NCBI GenBank assembly: GCA_965208105.1
Contig: OZ242318.1
Span: 672,001 to 736,000, forward strand
Reading direction: 5' to 3'
DNA length: 64,000 nt
From: Candidatus Latescibacterota bacterium
GTDB taxonomy: Bacteria; Latescibacterota; UBA2968; UBA8231
This document shows positions 19,561 through 29,536 of the stretch, piece after piece (positions within the stretch are counted from its first letter, which is position 1; every line of letters begins with the position of its first letter). Below the pieces are notes generated by a model. It was not told the origin of the DNA and made no database searches. It saw only the letters and a program-made list of their open reading frames with translations. A program made the translations under genes and the position numbers.

Positions 19561-20890
19561 AGTGCTTCCTCACATCGGTCAAATTCAACTGCGCCAGCTC
19601 CCCCTGCAGCCGCTCCAACATGGGCTCCAATTCCATCTGTCCCGTCAAATACCCCTGCACGTTGCGCTTGATCGCATCGGTGAGCTGCAGCTCGTCGCGG
19701 AACATGGGATCCGCCGCCGAACCGTCCGCCCACGCCGCCAGCCAGTGCGCCTCCGGCTCGTCCAGGTTGTCGAAGACGCCCAGCAGGCACGGCAGTTTGC
19801 CGTATTTCTCCCAGGCGAACCTGGAAAAGTAAGGCGCCATCAGCTCTTCTTCAACAAAGAGCCGGGCAAGACCGACGGCCCGGCTGTTGGCGGGAATCAC
19901 CGCGCTTCTCGTCCCTCCCACTACACCCCTGGAACCGGGCAGCGCCATTATGGTCGTGGTTCCCGGCCCCAGGGTCTCCTGGGCTTCGAGATAGCGCGAA
20001 TGAGTGGTCAGTATCATCGCCACCAGCCTCGCCTTCAGGTCCGAACGCGGCTGGTTGACGTCGGTCATCGAAGCCAGGGTGGCAATGCCCTCCCCGGCTC
20101 CCGCCCGGGTCAGCCGGAGAAGCTGCCGCACTTCAGGCAGGTCGATGAGAAGGGCGCCGGAGACCGGGTCCACCAGGGTTCCCCGAGCCCCCTTCACGGC
20201 GGCGAACAGCATGTTGTTCGGCCAACTCCAGTTCGCCGCCATTCCCACCACCTGCACGTGCCCCTTCGAGTCGCGCACGGTCATCCTGCGGGCATAGTCG
20301 AACACCTCCTCCCAGTCGCGCGCGGGGATCATCCGCCCCCGGCCATCCAGCAAGCGCGCCCGCTCCGCCATCTCCTTATTGACGCAGAAGCAGAGGACCT
20401 CGGCCGTGACCGGCAAGCCGTACTGCCTGCCGCCGAAGCGGTTCATGTCGTAGAACGTCCCGATGAACGCCGAACGCCGCAGCCCGGACCGGGTCCGGAC
20501 GAAATCGTCCCAGGGCAGCAGCAGGTCCCGGGCGGCCCAGAGAGCAACCGTGTTTTCCACCGTCCCGAAGAACAGGTCCATTTCGCTGCGGCGGCTCATC
20601 ATCGCCACCAGCAACCGGTTGGGGTAGCCCTCCGGCGCCTTCAGGAGCTCCACCTCCACTCCGGGATGGTTGTTTTCGAAGCGCTCCACCGCGGTGCGCA
20701 GCGGATACTTCTTGAACATCCACGGCTCGGACATCACCCGCAGCCGGGTCTGACTGTGCCCGCCTCCATCGCCGCCGCAGGAGGGGATACCCAGACTCAG
20801 GGCCAGGCTCAGCCCCCAGATTCGCAGGAGCCGCCATTTCGGACCCTGCGGAGCCCGCCGACGAGCTGGAAACAGGACGAATGGATTCAT
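19553..20890 (-). CDS. ABC transporter extracellular solute-binding lipoprotein (family 1)
   Basis: Lipobox-like GIPSC, FENNHPGVEVE, GRQYGLP; adjacent to two permeases. Confidence 0.85.
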   Translation of the reverse strand: MNPFVLFPARRRAPQGPKWRLLRIWGLSLALSLGIPSCGGDGGGHSQTRLRVMSEPWMFKKYPLRTAVERFENNHPGVEVELLKAPEGYPNRLLVAMMSRRSEMDLFFGTVENTVALWAARDLLLPWDDFVRTRSGLRRSAFIGTFYDMNRFGGRQYGLPVTAEVLCFCVNKEMAERARLLDGRGRMIPARDWEEVFDYARRMTVRDSKGHVQVVGMAANWSWPNNMLFAAVKGARGTLVDPVSGALLIDLPEVRQLLRLTRAGAGEGIATLASMTDVNQPRSDLKARLVAMILTTHSRYLEAQETLGPGTTTIMALPGSRGVVGGTRSAVIPANSRAVGLARLFVEEELMAPYFSRFAWEKYGKLPCLLGVFDNLDEPEAHWLAAWADGSAADPMFRDELQLTDAIKRNVQGYLTGQMELEPMLERLQGELAQLNLTDVRKHFD

Positions 20891-22515
20891 CGGACCTGTT
20901 CACCCAGGGGTTTGCGGGAAGGAAACCCCGCCCGGTAGCGCTCCAGGTTGGCCCTGAGGCGGGCGGTATCCAGCTTTCGCTGCTGCGCCGCCGCCAGGAT
21001 CTCCTCCTGCAACCGCACCGCCTCCCCGAAGCGGCCGACCTCCGCCAGGGCCATGGCCAGCACCTCTGCGGCCGAGGCCGATTGATCGGCGGCGGCCACC
21101 CGGCGCGCAATGGCCAGGGCCCGCGGTCCGTCGCGAAACTCGACCAGGGGGCATGCCGCCAGCAGACGCGCGTAAGCAAGGGCCAGTGCATGGTCGTGGG
21201 GACGAGCGGCGAAGCCATCGCGGAGCAGGTCCCTGGCCGCTTCCCAGCTCTCGAGCTGCATCAGGGCCATGGCCTTCCCCACCAGGGCCGCGGCCTCGCC
21301 CGGCTCCATCTCCAGGACCCGGTCGAAGTGGGAGGCGGCGTCCTCGAACCGGCGCAGCCGCAGCAGGGCGTTGGCGAGGTTGAAGTAGGCGTTCTTGTAA
21401 CCCGGCCTGAGGGCGATGGCCTCGCCGTAGTGGTCCAGTGCTTCGCGGTCCCGGCCCTGCCTGGCCAGCACGGCGGCCAGGTTGAAATGGGCGAGGGCGT
21501 CCCCGGGGTCGAGCCGCAGAGCATGGCCCAGTTGCCCGGCGGCGCCTTCCAGGTCGTCCAACCTGCTCAGGACCGCAGCCAGGTTGACGCGGAATTCTCC
21601 GTTGTCGGGGTCGGCTTTCACCGCCTTCCTGTAGGCCTCCAGCGCCTCCTGCAGACGACCCTGGCGATAGGCCTCGTTGCCGCGCGCCTGGAGGCTGCGT
21701 GAGCCGGCGGCGAGCTCGGCGAGAACCTCCATCAGGGGATCTTCCAGCGAGACCTTGCGGGCGCCCTGGCGTTCCATGAAGAAGCGCGCCTTCTCCACCT
21801 CTCCCCTCGCCCGATAGGCCATGCCCAGAGGATAGAAGACCGCGGTGGCGCCTGGTTCCAGCTCCAGCGCCGCCTCGAGATAGCGGATGGCCTGGTCGTG
21901 GTCGCCTCGAAGGGATGCCAGCCGGCCCCTGCGGACGAGAACCGCGGGGTTGGAAGCCTCCTCCCGGGCCTTGTCCAGGAAGCGGGCGGCCTCGTCGAGA
22001 TGGTTCGCCTCCATGTGGAGGTCGGCCAGGGCGACGGCGGCGGGAAGGTAGGCCGGGTTGAGCTCGAGAGCGCGCTCGTAGCGGTCCAGACTCTCTTCCC
22101 ACCTTCCCTTCCTGCGCAGGACAGTTCCCAGGTAGTAGCTCCAGCGGAAATCATCGGGGGCCAGCTGCGCGGCATTGAGAAAACAGGCCTGCGCCGCCTG
22201 CTCGAAGGAATAGGCCAGGTAGAGCTGACCTTGCTGGCCCAGCAGGCGGCTCAGCTCGTCAGGACCGGAATCGGACCGCTCCAGGGCCGCGTCCAGCCTT
22301 TCCTGGGCCCCTTCGAGCTGGCCCCGCACGAGGGGCTCCATCGAGGCAAAATCGGGCGCGGGTATGTCCACCCATCGAGCGGTGGCCGGGGCCTCGGGTT
22401 CGGGTCCGCAGTGGATGCAGAATGCAAGGAGCGCGAGACCCGCTGAACGGAGAAGCTCCCTGCGGCGGGTCCCGGGACTTCTCGAGGCGGAGCCGCGGAC
22501 CTTCGTCCTGTTCAT
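20887..22515 (-). CDS. Tetratricopeptide repeat protein
   Basis: Start MNRTKVRG (22515); many TPRs (YERALELNP, AHFNLA, AYFNLANAL); C-terminal RDGPRAL..A motif. Confidence 0.88.
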   Translation of the reverse strand: MNRTKVRGSASRSPGTRRRELLRSAGLALLAFCIHCGPEPEAPATARWVDIPAPDFASMEPLVRGQLEGAQERLDAALERSDSGPDELSRLLGQQGQLYLAYSFEQAAQACFLNAAQLAPDDFRWSYYLGTVLRRKGRWEESLDRYERALELNPAYLPAAVALADLHMEANHLDEAARFLDKAREEASNPAVLVRRGRLASLRGDHDQAIRYLEAALELEPGATAVFYPLGMAYRARGEVEKARFFMERQGARKVSLEDPLMEVLAELAAGSRSLQARGNEAYRQGRLQEALEAYRKAVKADPDNGEFRVNLAAVLSRLDDLEGAAGQLGHALRLDPGDALAHFNLAAVLARQGRDREALDHYGEAIALRPGYKNAYFNLANALLRLRRFEDAASHFDRVLEMEPGEAAALVGKAMALMQLESWEAARDLLRDGFAARPHDHALALAYARLLAACPLVEFRDGPRALAIARRVAAADQSASAAEVLAMALAEVGRFGEAVRLQEEILAAAQQRKLDTARLRANLERYRAGFPSRKPLGEQVR

Positions 22516-22519
22516 CTTC

Positions 22520-24268
22520 TCAGGGCAGCGGGAGGCCGCTGCCCCGCTCCAGGGTATGGTAGCGATTGAGGTCAAAGGAGCTCCCCTCCCAGCGCTCGCG
22601 GGTGCCGTCGGGCCAGAGCACCTCGAGACGGCGGACCGTCGCCGCCGCGCCCAGCCCGAAAAGGACGCGTGGGTCGTTGGAGGAACAATAGCTGCCATCG
22701 GCGCGCACCCGGCGCCAGAGGGTGCGGCCGTCGCCCAGGGTGCAGCCGACGCGGGCGCCGAACTGGTCGCGCCCGCCCTCGCCGCCGACCAGGCGCAGGC
22801 CGAGATAGGCATTGCGCTGCCCCACGTTGTTGACCAGCAGCCGGGCGGGGCCGCTGTTGTTGAGGACGAGCACATCCGTATCGCCGTCGTTGTCCACGTC
22901 GCCGAAGGCGGCGCCGCGGCTGACCTCCGAGAGCGCGAAGACGGCTCCGGCGGCGGAGCTCACCTCCTCGAAGCGGCCCTTGCCGCGGTTGCGAAACAGC
23001 TGGTTGGTCTGATGCAGTGGCAGGGGATCCCCCGCCTGGACCAGGGCCTCGATCACGCGCACCGCTCCGTTGACCGCGAGCAGGTCGAGCCAGCCGTCGT
23101 TGTCGTAGTCCAGGTAGGCGGTGCCGAACCCGGTGAAGCCGCGGCTGGGAGCCCCGAGGCCGGCCTCGATGGTATCGTCCTCGAAGAAAGCGCCCCCCTG
23201 GTTGCGGTAGAGAGTATTGGTTTCTTCGGCCAGGTGGGTCATGAAGAGATCGTCGTCCCCGTCTCCGTCCATATCTCCCGCGTCGATGCCCATGCTGCCC
23301 TCGGGGATTCCCTGGGCGTTGAAGGCGGTCCCGCTCATGAGCGCCTGGTTGTCGAAGCGGCCGTCGCCCCGGTTGATCCACAACTGGTTGGCCATGCCGT
23401 CGTTGGCCACGTAGATATCGGGCCAATCGTCACCGCTGAAGTCGGCGGCGATGACACCGAGGGCCCCGCCGTATTCGGTGGTGATTCGGGAGAAGGCTGA
23501 AACGTCCTCGAAGGTCCCGTCGCCGAGGTTGCGCAGGAGCCGGTCCGGATAGGGCCGGTAGGTCAGGGGCCCGCAATAGTCCTCGGCACCGGCTGGCGAA
23601 TAGCAGGACTTGTGCACGGCCGGGGAAAAATCGACGTAATTTCCCACGTAGAGGTCGAGCCAGCCGTCGCCGTCGTAGTCCACGAAGGTGGCGCTGGTGC
23701 TCCAGCGCCGGTCGTCCGCGGCGGCGGCCAGGGTGACGTCGGTGAAGGTGCCGTCGCCGTTGTTGCGCAGCATCTGGTTGGCGCCGAAGTTGGTTACGTA
23801 GAGGTCCGGCAGGCCGTCATTGGTGAAATCTCCGGCCGCAACCCCCATCCCATAGCCGTCAGCGGCGATGCCTGCCGCGGCGGTGGCGTCGGAGAAGCGG
23901 AGCTGCCCTCTCTCCTCCAGGTGGTTGCGAAACAGGCGGTCGCTCCGCGCGCCTGCGGAGGGAGAGGTGGCCTCCTCCTCAATATCCTCTCCGATCGGAG
24001 CCCCCTGGACCAGGTAGGCATCGAGGTCGCCGTCGGCATCGTAGTCGAGGAGGGCGCCGCCGGGGCCGATGATCTCGGCCAGGTAGCGTCGCCCCGACAT
24101 CCCGTTGAAGTGGGTGAAGTCCAGGCCAAGGTCAGGCGCGCGGTCGGTGAAGATCTCCGCCGCGGCCGGAGCCTGCGATTCGGAGTCGCCGGGAGGGCCA
24201 GGGTCGAAGCCGCAGCCCAGGAAACCGATCAGAAAGGGGAGGCCTATTTCAACTGGTCGTATTACCAA
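22520..24268 (-). CDS. CRTAC1-family FG-GAP/VCBS + ASPIC/UnbV lipoprotein
   Basis: Lipobox GFLGC; repeated DYDxDGxxDLYV; SRGAAFGDVDNDGD; GSYCSSNDPRVLFGLG...EVLWPDG. Confidence 0.92.
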   Translation of the reverse strand: MVIRPVEIGLPFLIGFLGCGFDPGPPGDSESQAPAAAEIFTDRAPDLGLDFTHFNGMSGRRYLAEIIGPGGALLDYDADGDLDAYLVQGAPIGEDIEEEATSPSAGARSDRLFRNHLEERGQLRFSDATAAAGIAADGYGMGVAAGDFTNDGLPDLYVTNFGANQMLRNNGDGTFTDVTLAAAADDRRWSTSATFVDYDGDGWLDLYVGNYVDFSPAVHKSCYSPAGAEDYCGPLTYRPYPDRLLRNLGDGTFEDVSAFSRITTEYGGALGVIAADFSGDDWPDIYVANDGMANQLWINRGDGRFDNQALMSGTAFNAQGIPEGSMGIDAGDMDGDGDDDLFMTHLAEETNTLYRNQGGAFFEDDTIEAGLGAPSRGFTGFGTAYLDYDNDGWLDLLAVNGAVRVIEALVQAGDPLPLHQTNQLFRNRGKGRFEEVSSAAGAVFALSEVSRGAAFGDVDNDGDTDVLVLNNSGPARLLVNNVGQRNAYLGLRLVGGEGGRDQFGARVGCTLGDGRTLWRRVRADGSYCSSNDPRVLFGLGAAATVRRLEVLWPDGTRERWEGSSFDLNRYHTLERGSGLPLP

Positions 24269-25128
24269 TCGCCCGGAAACCTCACATAATCTAGGTCCAG
24301 CGGCTGCTTGAGCATTTCTTCCAACTCCAGGAGGTCCGGTCGGCCTTCCGGAACGCCCTTCTCAATTCTCCCGTCGGGATGTATCGTCACCGTCGTCGTC
24401 ACCTTCATGAACGCCTTTTCCGCTCTCGTTCGCGACACCTGTATGCCGTCCCGCGCAACCGCAATGCGGGAGTGTGCGATACGTCCCTCCCCGATTAGCC
24501 GGAAGAGAAGGGCCAGGACGCCGGACTGCGGGCGCGCTGTAATTCCCTCGATCTCATCGTAGACGACCCAGTCCCCGTAGTCCAGCAGGCGATAGGTGAT
24601 TACCTGCCGATTGGTCACCTTGACCGTTGGCGTCGAAAGAGAATCTATGTAGGAATAGCGGTCGGGCCTGCCCGGTCCGTCCTCCCAGCTCATCCGCAAA
24701 TTCACTGCCAGCTCCGGCATCGGTCCTTCCTTCACCTCGCGGATTGCCCGGTCTTCCCGGTAGTCCAGCTCCATATTCTGTTCGTATCGATGGTTCAGCA
24801 GGGCGTACTCCGGCACCGTGTCCTCCGTCCTGCCGGTAGCCGCCAGAAAGGAAAGATACCAGTCCTCGTGCCCGATGAAGAGCGGCATTCCGCCTGGATC
24901 TCGCTCCCTGGCCTGCCGCGCAAGATCGAACAGCACCTCCGCCATCCACGCTCCATTGGTCGTCGACGTCAGCTCATAATCCCCGTAGTGCCGCCGCATG
25001 GCCCCCAGCACCTCCGACCGGTCCGCCACAACCTGGTCCCGCTTCACAGCGGTCAGCGGGCCGGGCAGCGTCAACAGGCAGAACAGGACCGCGATCCTCA
25101 ATCCACCAATGTATTGGCTAATTTTCAT
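24262..25128 (-). CDS. Secreted hypothetical protein
   Basis: Signal-peptide-like N-terminus, coherent composition, stop overlaps CRTAC1 start. Confidence 0.7.
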   Translation of the reverse strand: MKISQYIGGLRIAVLFCLLTLPGPLTAVKRDQVVADRSEVLGAMRRHYGDYELTSTTNGAWMAEVLFDLARQARERDPGGMPLFIGHEDWYLSFLAATGRTEDTVPEYALLNHRYEQNMELDYREDRAIREVKEGPMPELAVNLRMSWEDGPGRPDRYSYIDSLSTPTVKVTNRQVITYRLLDYGDWVVYDEIEGITARPQSGVLALLFRLIGEGRIAHSRIAVARDGIQVSRTRAEKAFMKVTTTVTIHPDGRIEKGVPEGRPDLLELEEMLKQPLDLDYVRFPGDW

Positions 25129-25298
25129 AGTCCATATCCTGCCCCCGAAAGGAGAGTTGCACGTGAGTCATTGCCGCGCAGGCCATCAAAGCTTCGATGC
25201 AAGGCTTCGGCCGCGCGAATCCATCGGTGATGCGCGAACCTGGCTTCTTCTTCCAAATCGCGGTCTGCGGCATTCTCATCCACCTTCGCAGAGTTCTT

Positions 25299-27035
25299 TC
25301 ACCAGCCGATGGCATACGACGTGGACCGTGGGTCCGCGCCGCCGGTCCTGGTGCCCGTCTCCGGATCAATGGTGATGGCGCACACGCGGCTGACCCCCGC
25401 GCTCCAATCCCCGCCGTCTTCGACGAGGTGGCCGCGGTCCCGCAAAGCCTCGCGCACCCGTGGAGCGATGCGGGATTCCACCGTTACCTCTCCGGGCAAT
25501 GATTGGTGGGGCCAGAACGAGTTCGGGAAACTGTGGCTGATGACGCGGGGGGCCTCGATCGCCTCCTGCGGCTCCATTCCGAACTCGACGATGTTGAGGA
25601 ACACCTGCAGCATCCCCTGCACCTGGGCATCGCCACCGGGGCAGCCGAAGGGCATGAACGGCTTCCCATCCTTGAGGACCAGCGCCGGATTCGGCGTCAG
25701 GCGTGGACGCTTCCACGGCTGCAGACAGGAGGGGTGCGACGGATCGAGCCAGGTCTGCGTACCTCGTCCCGAGACCGGAAAGCCCAGGCCCGGAACCACC
25801 GGACACCAGCCAACCGGATCAGATGGAGTCGCCGAGAACGCATTGCCCTGCCCGTCCACCACGCAGAGGTAGCTGGTATCGCTCTCCCAGTGAGATTTTC
25901 GCCCCGGCTGTGGACGATCGGGGTCGATGACCGGGAAGGGACCGTTCTTGCGGCGCGGTTCAGGATGGAACCGCCACGGGTCGCCGGGGGACGGCATGTC
26001 ACCGGCGGCGCGGCCGGGGTCGATGCAATTCCGCCTTTCAGCGGCAAAGCGCTCATCCAGCAGACCCGCCATCGGGACCTGCACGAAATCGGGGTCGCCG
26101 AAATACGCCTCCCGGTCGGCAAACGCCAGTTTGAGCCCCTCGATGGTGGTGTGGAGGTAATCCGCGGATTCGTGCCCCATCCCCTTCAAGTCAACCCCTT
26201 CGAGAATCTTCAGCGCCATGTTCAAGGCCGGCCCCTGGCACCAGGGTCCACAGGTATACACATCATGGCCCTTGTAGGCGATGCGCACCGGCGGTTCGAC
26301 CCGAACCGAGAAGGCGGCGAGGTCCTCGTAGGTCAGCAGGCCCCCTTCCCGGGCATGAAAATCGGCGATCTCCCGGGCAATTTCGCCCTTGTAGATCAGG
26401 TCGCGCGCGGCCCTGATCCCCGTTTCCCGATCACCCCCTGTTCGCCGTTCGGCGGCGATCATGCGCCGGAAGGTGTTAGCCAGGTCCTTCTGGAAGAATA
26501 TTTCCCCGGTCCGCGGAATACGTCCACCGGGGTTGAAGACCACCGCCGTCGACGGCTCACTTACCTGCTCTCCGGCCGCGAAGGCGTGGAACTGACCGTC
26601 GACGGGGTGGCCGTTTTCGGCGAGGTCCAGGGCCGGCTGCACCACCTGCTCGAAGGTCATGGTGCCGAAGCGCGCCAACGCCGTAAGCCAGGCATCGGGA
26701 GCCGCCGGGGTGACGGTCCGCAAAATTCCCGGGGGCAGGTCGCCGCCGTGATGTTCCTGGAAGTAGCCGATGCTCGCCCCTTTTGGCCAGCGTCCGAGTC
26801 CGCTGATGGTTTCGACAGCTGCGCCCCGGGCCGGGCAATAGATAATCGGCGCAACACCGCCGAAGTGGGTGAGCCCGGGTTGAAGCACGTTGATACAGAT
26901 GCCGACGGCGACGCCTGCATCGGCGGCGTTGCCTCCCCATTCGAGGATGCGGACCCCGCCCATCGTTGCGAGGTAATGGACCGATGAGACCACGTAGCGC
27001 TTCCCTCGGACCGACGGACGATGACTTCCTGGCAT
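25299..27035 (-). CDS. ggt: Gamma-glutamyltransferase family protein
   Basis: Start MPGSHRPSVRG with GGAGG RBS; GGNAADA, DTSYLCVVDGQGNA (Thr nucleophile), PFGCPGGDAQ, GGADPR. Confidence 0.9.
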   Translation of the reverse strand: MPGSHRPSVRGKRYVVSSVHYLATMGGVRILEWGGNAADAGVAVGICINVLQPGLTHFGGVAPIIYCPARGAAVETISGLGRWPKGASIGYFQEHHGGDLPPGILRTVTPAAPDAWLTALARFGTMTFEQVVQPALDLAENGHPVDGQFHAFAAGEQVSEPSTAVVFNPGGRIPRTGEIFFQKDLANTFRRMIAAERRTGGDRETGIRAARDLIYKGEIAREIADFHAREGGLLTYEDLAAFSVRVEPPVRIAYKGHDVYTCGPWCQGPALNMALKILEGVDLKGMGHESADYLHTTIEGLKLAFADREAYFGDPDFVQVPMAGLLDERFAAERRNCIDPGRAAGDMPSPGDPWRFHPEPRRKNGPFPVIDPDRPQPGRKSHWESDTSYLCVVDGQGNAFSATPSDPVGWCPVVPGLGFPVSGRGTQTWLDPSHPSCLQPWKRPRLTPNPALVLKDGKPFMPFGCPGGDAQVQGMLQVFLNIVEFGMEPQEAIEAPRVISHSFPNSFWPHQSLPGEVTVESRIAPRVREALRDRGHLVEDGGDWSAGVSRVCAITIDPETGTRTGGADPRSTSYAIGW

Positions 27036-27289
27036 GCAGATTCCTCCTTCCCCCTGCCCCGGGGTGGTCCTCGACGCTGCCATGCACTGTGCCGGACAGG
27101 ATGAATAATCGGCCTTCTCCCGGTCCCCGACAAGGGCGCCGGATGGGGCAATGGCCAAGGTCAAGGCAACCCGCGTCCGCCGCGGCCCCGCATCCGGCCG
27201 CAGGTGGCGGAGATGCCTGATTGCCGCCGGATCAGTGATCGGATCCGCAATTGCGAGTCCCACCATGGATTCCGCCGGCCATCCTTCCC

Positions 27290-27318
27290 TTGCCATGGCC
27301 CGCCTTTTCCCGTACCAT
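27290..27318 (+). promoter_or_regulatory. Sigma70-type promoter for the ankyrin gene
   Basis: TTGCCA (27290-27295) - 17 nt - TACCAT (27313-27318). Confidence 0.6.
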
Positions 27319-27334
27319 CCCGAAGAGCGCTCCA

Positions 27335-27436
27335 GGGCGCCTCCGGTCCGCGGGCAGGGCTGAGCCCACCTGACACATCTTCTTCGATCCACATTCGACG
27401 GACTCTTCCTGCCCGTCACGCGGACACCGGGTGTTT
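27335..27436 (+). ncRNA. Candidate structured 5' leader RNA
   Basis: Nested stems GTCCGCG/CGCGGAC, GGCAGG/CCTGCC, GAGCCC/GGACTC plus basal GGCGCC/GGTGTT, between the predicted promoter and the GAGGAGG RBS. Confidence 0.55.
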
Positions 27437-27453
27437 CCAGCGAGGAGGTCGTC

Positions 27454-29397
27454 ATGGCTGCTTCCCAACCTTCCCAGGGTGCGCGTTCTCTTCCGCAACG
27501 ACCCGATCTGCGCCAACTCAAGAAACAGGCCAAGGAACTGCTCAAAGGGTATCGCTCCCGCGACCCGTCTGCGCTAACCGAGGTCGCGACACACGAGCGG
27601 GAGCCGGACCCTGGAAGCTTCTTCCTGAATGATGCACAGCGGGTGTTGGCCCGGTCCTACGGATTTACAAGCTGGGCAAAGCTGGTGGAGCACGTAAACG
27701 GCCGCAGTGCCGGTCGCTTCTGGGCGGCCGCCCAGGAAGGGGATCTGCCAACCCTGAAGTCGATTGCCGCCAAGCGGCCTGAGCTGGTCATGATGTCCCG
27801 GCCAGGTCTGGGCAACCCCCTGCACTGTGCCGTGCTCAACCGGGATGCCGCCTGCGCCGGCTTTCTGCTCGAAAACGGGGCCGACCCTCACAAGGGTGTC
27901 TATCCGCACCGCGAGTCCACTTCCCCGCTCGTTCTGGCCCGGGAAAGGGGATACGACGACATCGCGGAGATCATCGAGCGCGAGCTCCAGCGCAGGCGGG
28001 CGAGGGCCGGCGCCACCCGTTCGGATACAGCCGAGGTCGCCGAAGCGATCCGCAAGGGCGATGAGAACAGCGTCGATCGGTTGCTCTCGGCGGACTCCGC
28101 GCGGGCTGCGGCGGTGGACGAAAGGGGCCGCAGCCCGCTGCATCACGCTGCCTCTGCCCGCAACCGGGGCCTGACCCTTCGAATCCTGCAGTCGGACCGC
28201 GAACTCTCCAGACCTGACGTCGATGGATTGGCGCCGATCGACTGCGCCGTTCTGGCGGTGGACTGGACGCGGAGAGAGGAGACCACGAGGGAAGCCATTT
28301 CCGTTGCCCGGCTCCTGCTGGAGCACGGGGCGGGTCCCACTGCGCGAAGCGCGGCAGCCAGCGGAGACCTGGCCTACCTGCAGTCGCTGAGCCGCGCCAG
28401 AATGGAATCCTGCGCCGGGGAAGGCGGAGGGTTGCTGACCCTGGCCGTGGAATTCGGCCAGCGCGAGGTCCTGGACCATTTGCTGGAGAAGGGACTCGAT
28501 CCGGACGAACGGGTGCTACTCGATGAGGCGGAGGAAGAACTCTACACCTGGGGAATGCCGCTCTGGCACGCCGCCTTCCTTTCGGAGTACGAGATGGCGG
28601 AATCGTTGATTGCCGCCGGAGCCGACGTCAACCCCTCGGTGTATGCCAGCGGTTCACCGATGGACCAGGCTTACGGCGCCGATGACGAGAAGATGAAGGC
28701 ACTGTTGCGGCGCCACGGTGCGCTTACCAGTGTCGAAACCATGGGGTTGTATCGCGACACCGAGACGGCACGGGAGGCCCTGGAAGGCAGGGCGGCCGCC
28801 TACTCCCATTCCGACCCGGCTGTGGACGGCACCCCCGCAGAGAAGATGCTGTGGGCAGCGGCATGCGGGGGCGATCCCGAGATCGTCGCCATGTGTCTCG
28901 CCCGCATCGACCGCGCACCCGACGATTCATGGTGGGCGGTGATCCTGCTGCAGCCGATGCGGACCTGGAACCATGGTTACCACCGGCGTCACTCGGGGTT
29001 CGACCGCTCTACCTACACCCGGTGCCTCGGCCTGCTGCTGCAGCATGGCATCGATCCGAACGTGACCGACCAGCGGGGGTTCACCGCGCTGCACCATCTC
29101 GCCCACGGTTCCTGCTCGCGCGCTTGGTACATGACCGGGGACGAGGAGCTGGAGTTCGGCCGCCTGTTGCTGGATGCCGGCGCCAGTACGACCCTGCGCG
29201 ACCCTCTGCTGAAGTCGACCCCGCTGGGCTGGGCTTGCCGCAACAACCGGGTGGCGCTGGTGGAGTTGTTGCTCGAGCGCGCCGCCGCCGTCAACGAGCC
29301 GGAGGCCGAACCATGGGCGACGCCGCTGGCGTGGGCGGCCAAAATGGGTCACGAGGAGCTGGCGAAGTTCCTGCGCGAGCGCGGAGCGGTGGAATGA
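27454..29397 (+). CDS. Ankyrin repeat protein with N-terminal LPxRPxLxQLKKQAK helical domain
   Basis: SLPQRPDLRQLKKQAKELLK...DAQRVLARSYGFTSWAKL; multiple ankyrin repeats (NPLHCA, SPLHHA, TALHHLA, TPLGWAC, TPLAWAA). Confidence 0.9.
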   Translation: MAASQPSQGARSLPQRPDLRQLKKQAKELLKGYRSRDPSALTEVATHEREPDPGSFFLNDAQRVLARSYGFTSWAKLVEHVNGRSAGRFWAAAQEGDLPTLKSIAAKRPELVMMSRPGLGNPLHCAVLNRDAACAGFLLENGADPHKGVYPHRESTSPLVLARERGYDDIAEIIERELQRRRARAGATRSDTAEVAEAIRKGDENSVDRLLSADSARAAAVDERGRSPLHHAASARNRGLTLRILQSDRELSRPDVDGLAPIDCAVLAVDWTRREETTREAISVARLLLEHGAGPTARSAAASGDLAYLQSLSRARMESCAGEGGGLLTLAVEFGQREVLDHLLEKGLDPDERVLLDEAEEELYTWGMPLWHAAFLSEYEMAESLIAAGADVNPSVYASGSPMDQAYGADDEKMKALLRRHGALTSVETMGLYRDTETAREALEGRAAAYSHSDPAVDGTPAEKMLWAAACGGDPEIVAMCLARIDRAPDDSWWAVILLQPMRTWNHGYHRRHSGFDRSTYTRCLGLLLQHGIDPNVTDQRGFTALHHLAHGSCSRAWYMTGDEELEFGRLLLDAGASTTLRDPLLKSTPLGWACRNNRVALVELLLERAAAVNEPEAEPWATPLAWAAKMGHEELAKFLRERGAVE

Positions 29398-29536
29398 GTT
29401 GAGGCAGGGCTACGCGGACCCGGCGGAACCGCCCCGTCGGGCAGGGCGCCGCGAAACCTGGTCACGAACTGGGGTTTGCGGTCCGGAGAGTGCTTCGGCC
29501 TGAGGAACCAGATGTTCCCTCCGACCGCGTCGTGGT

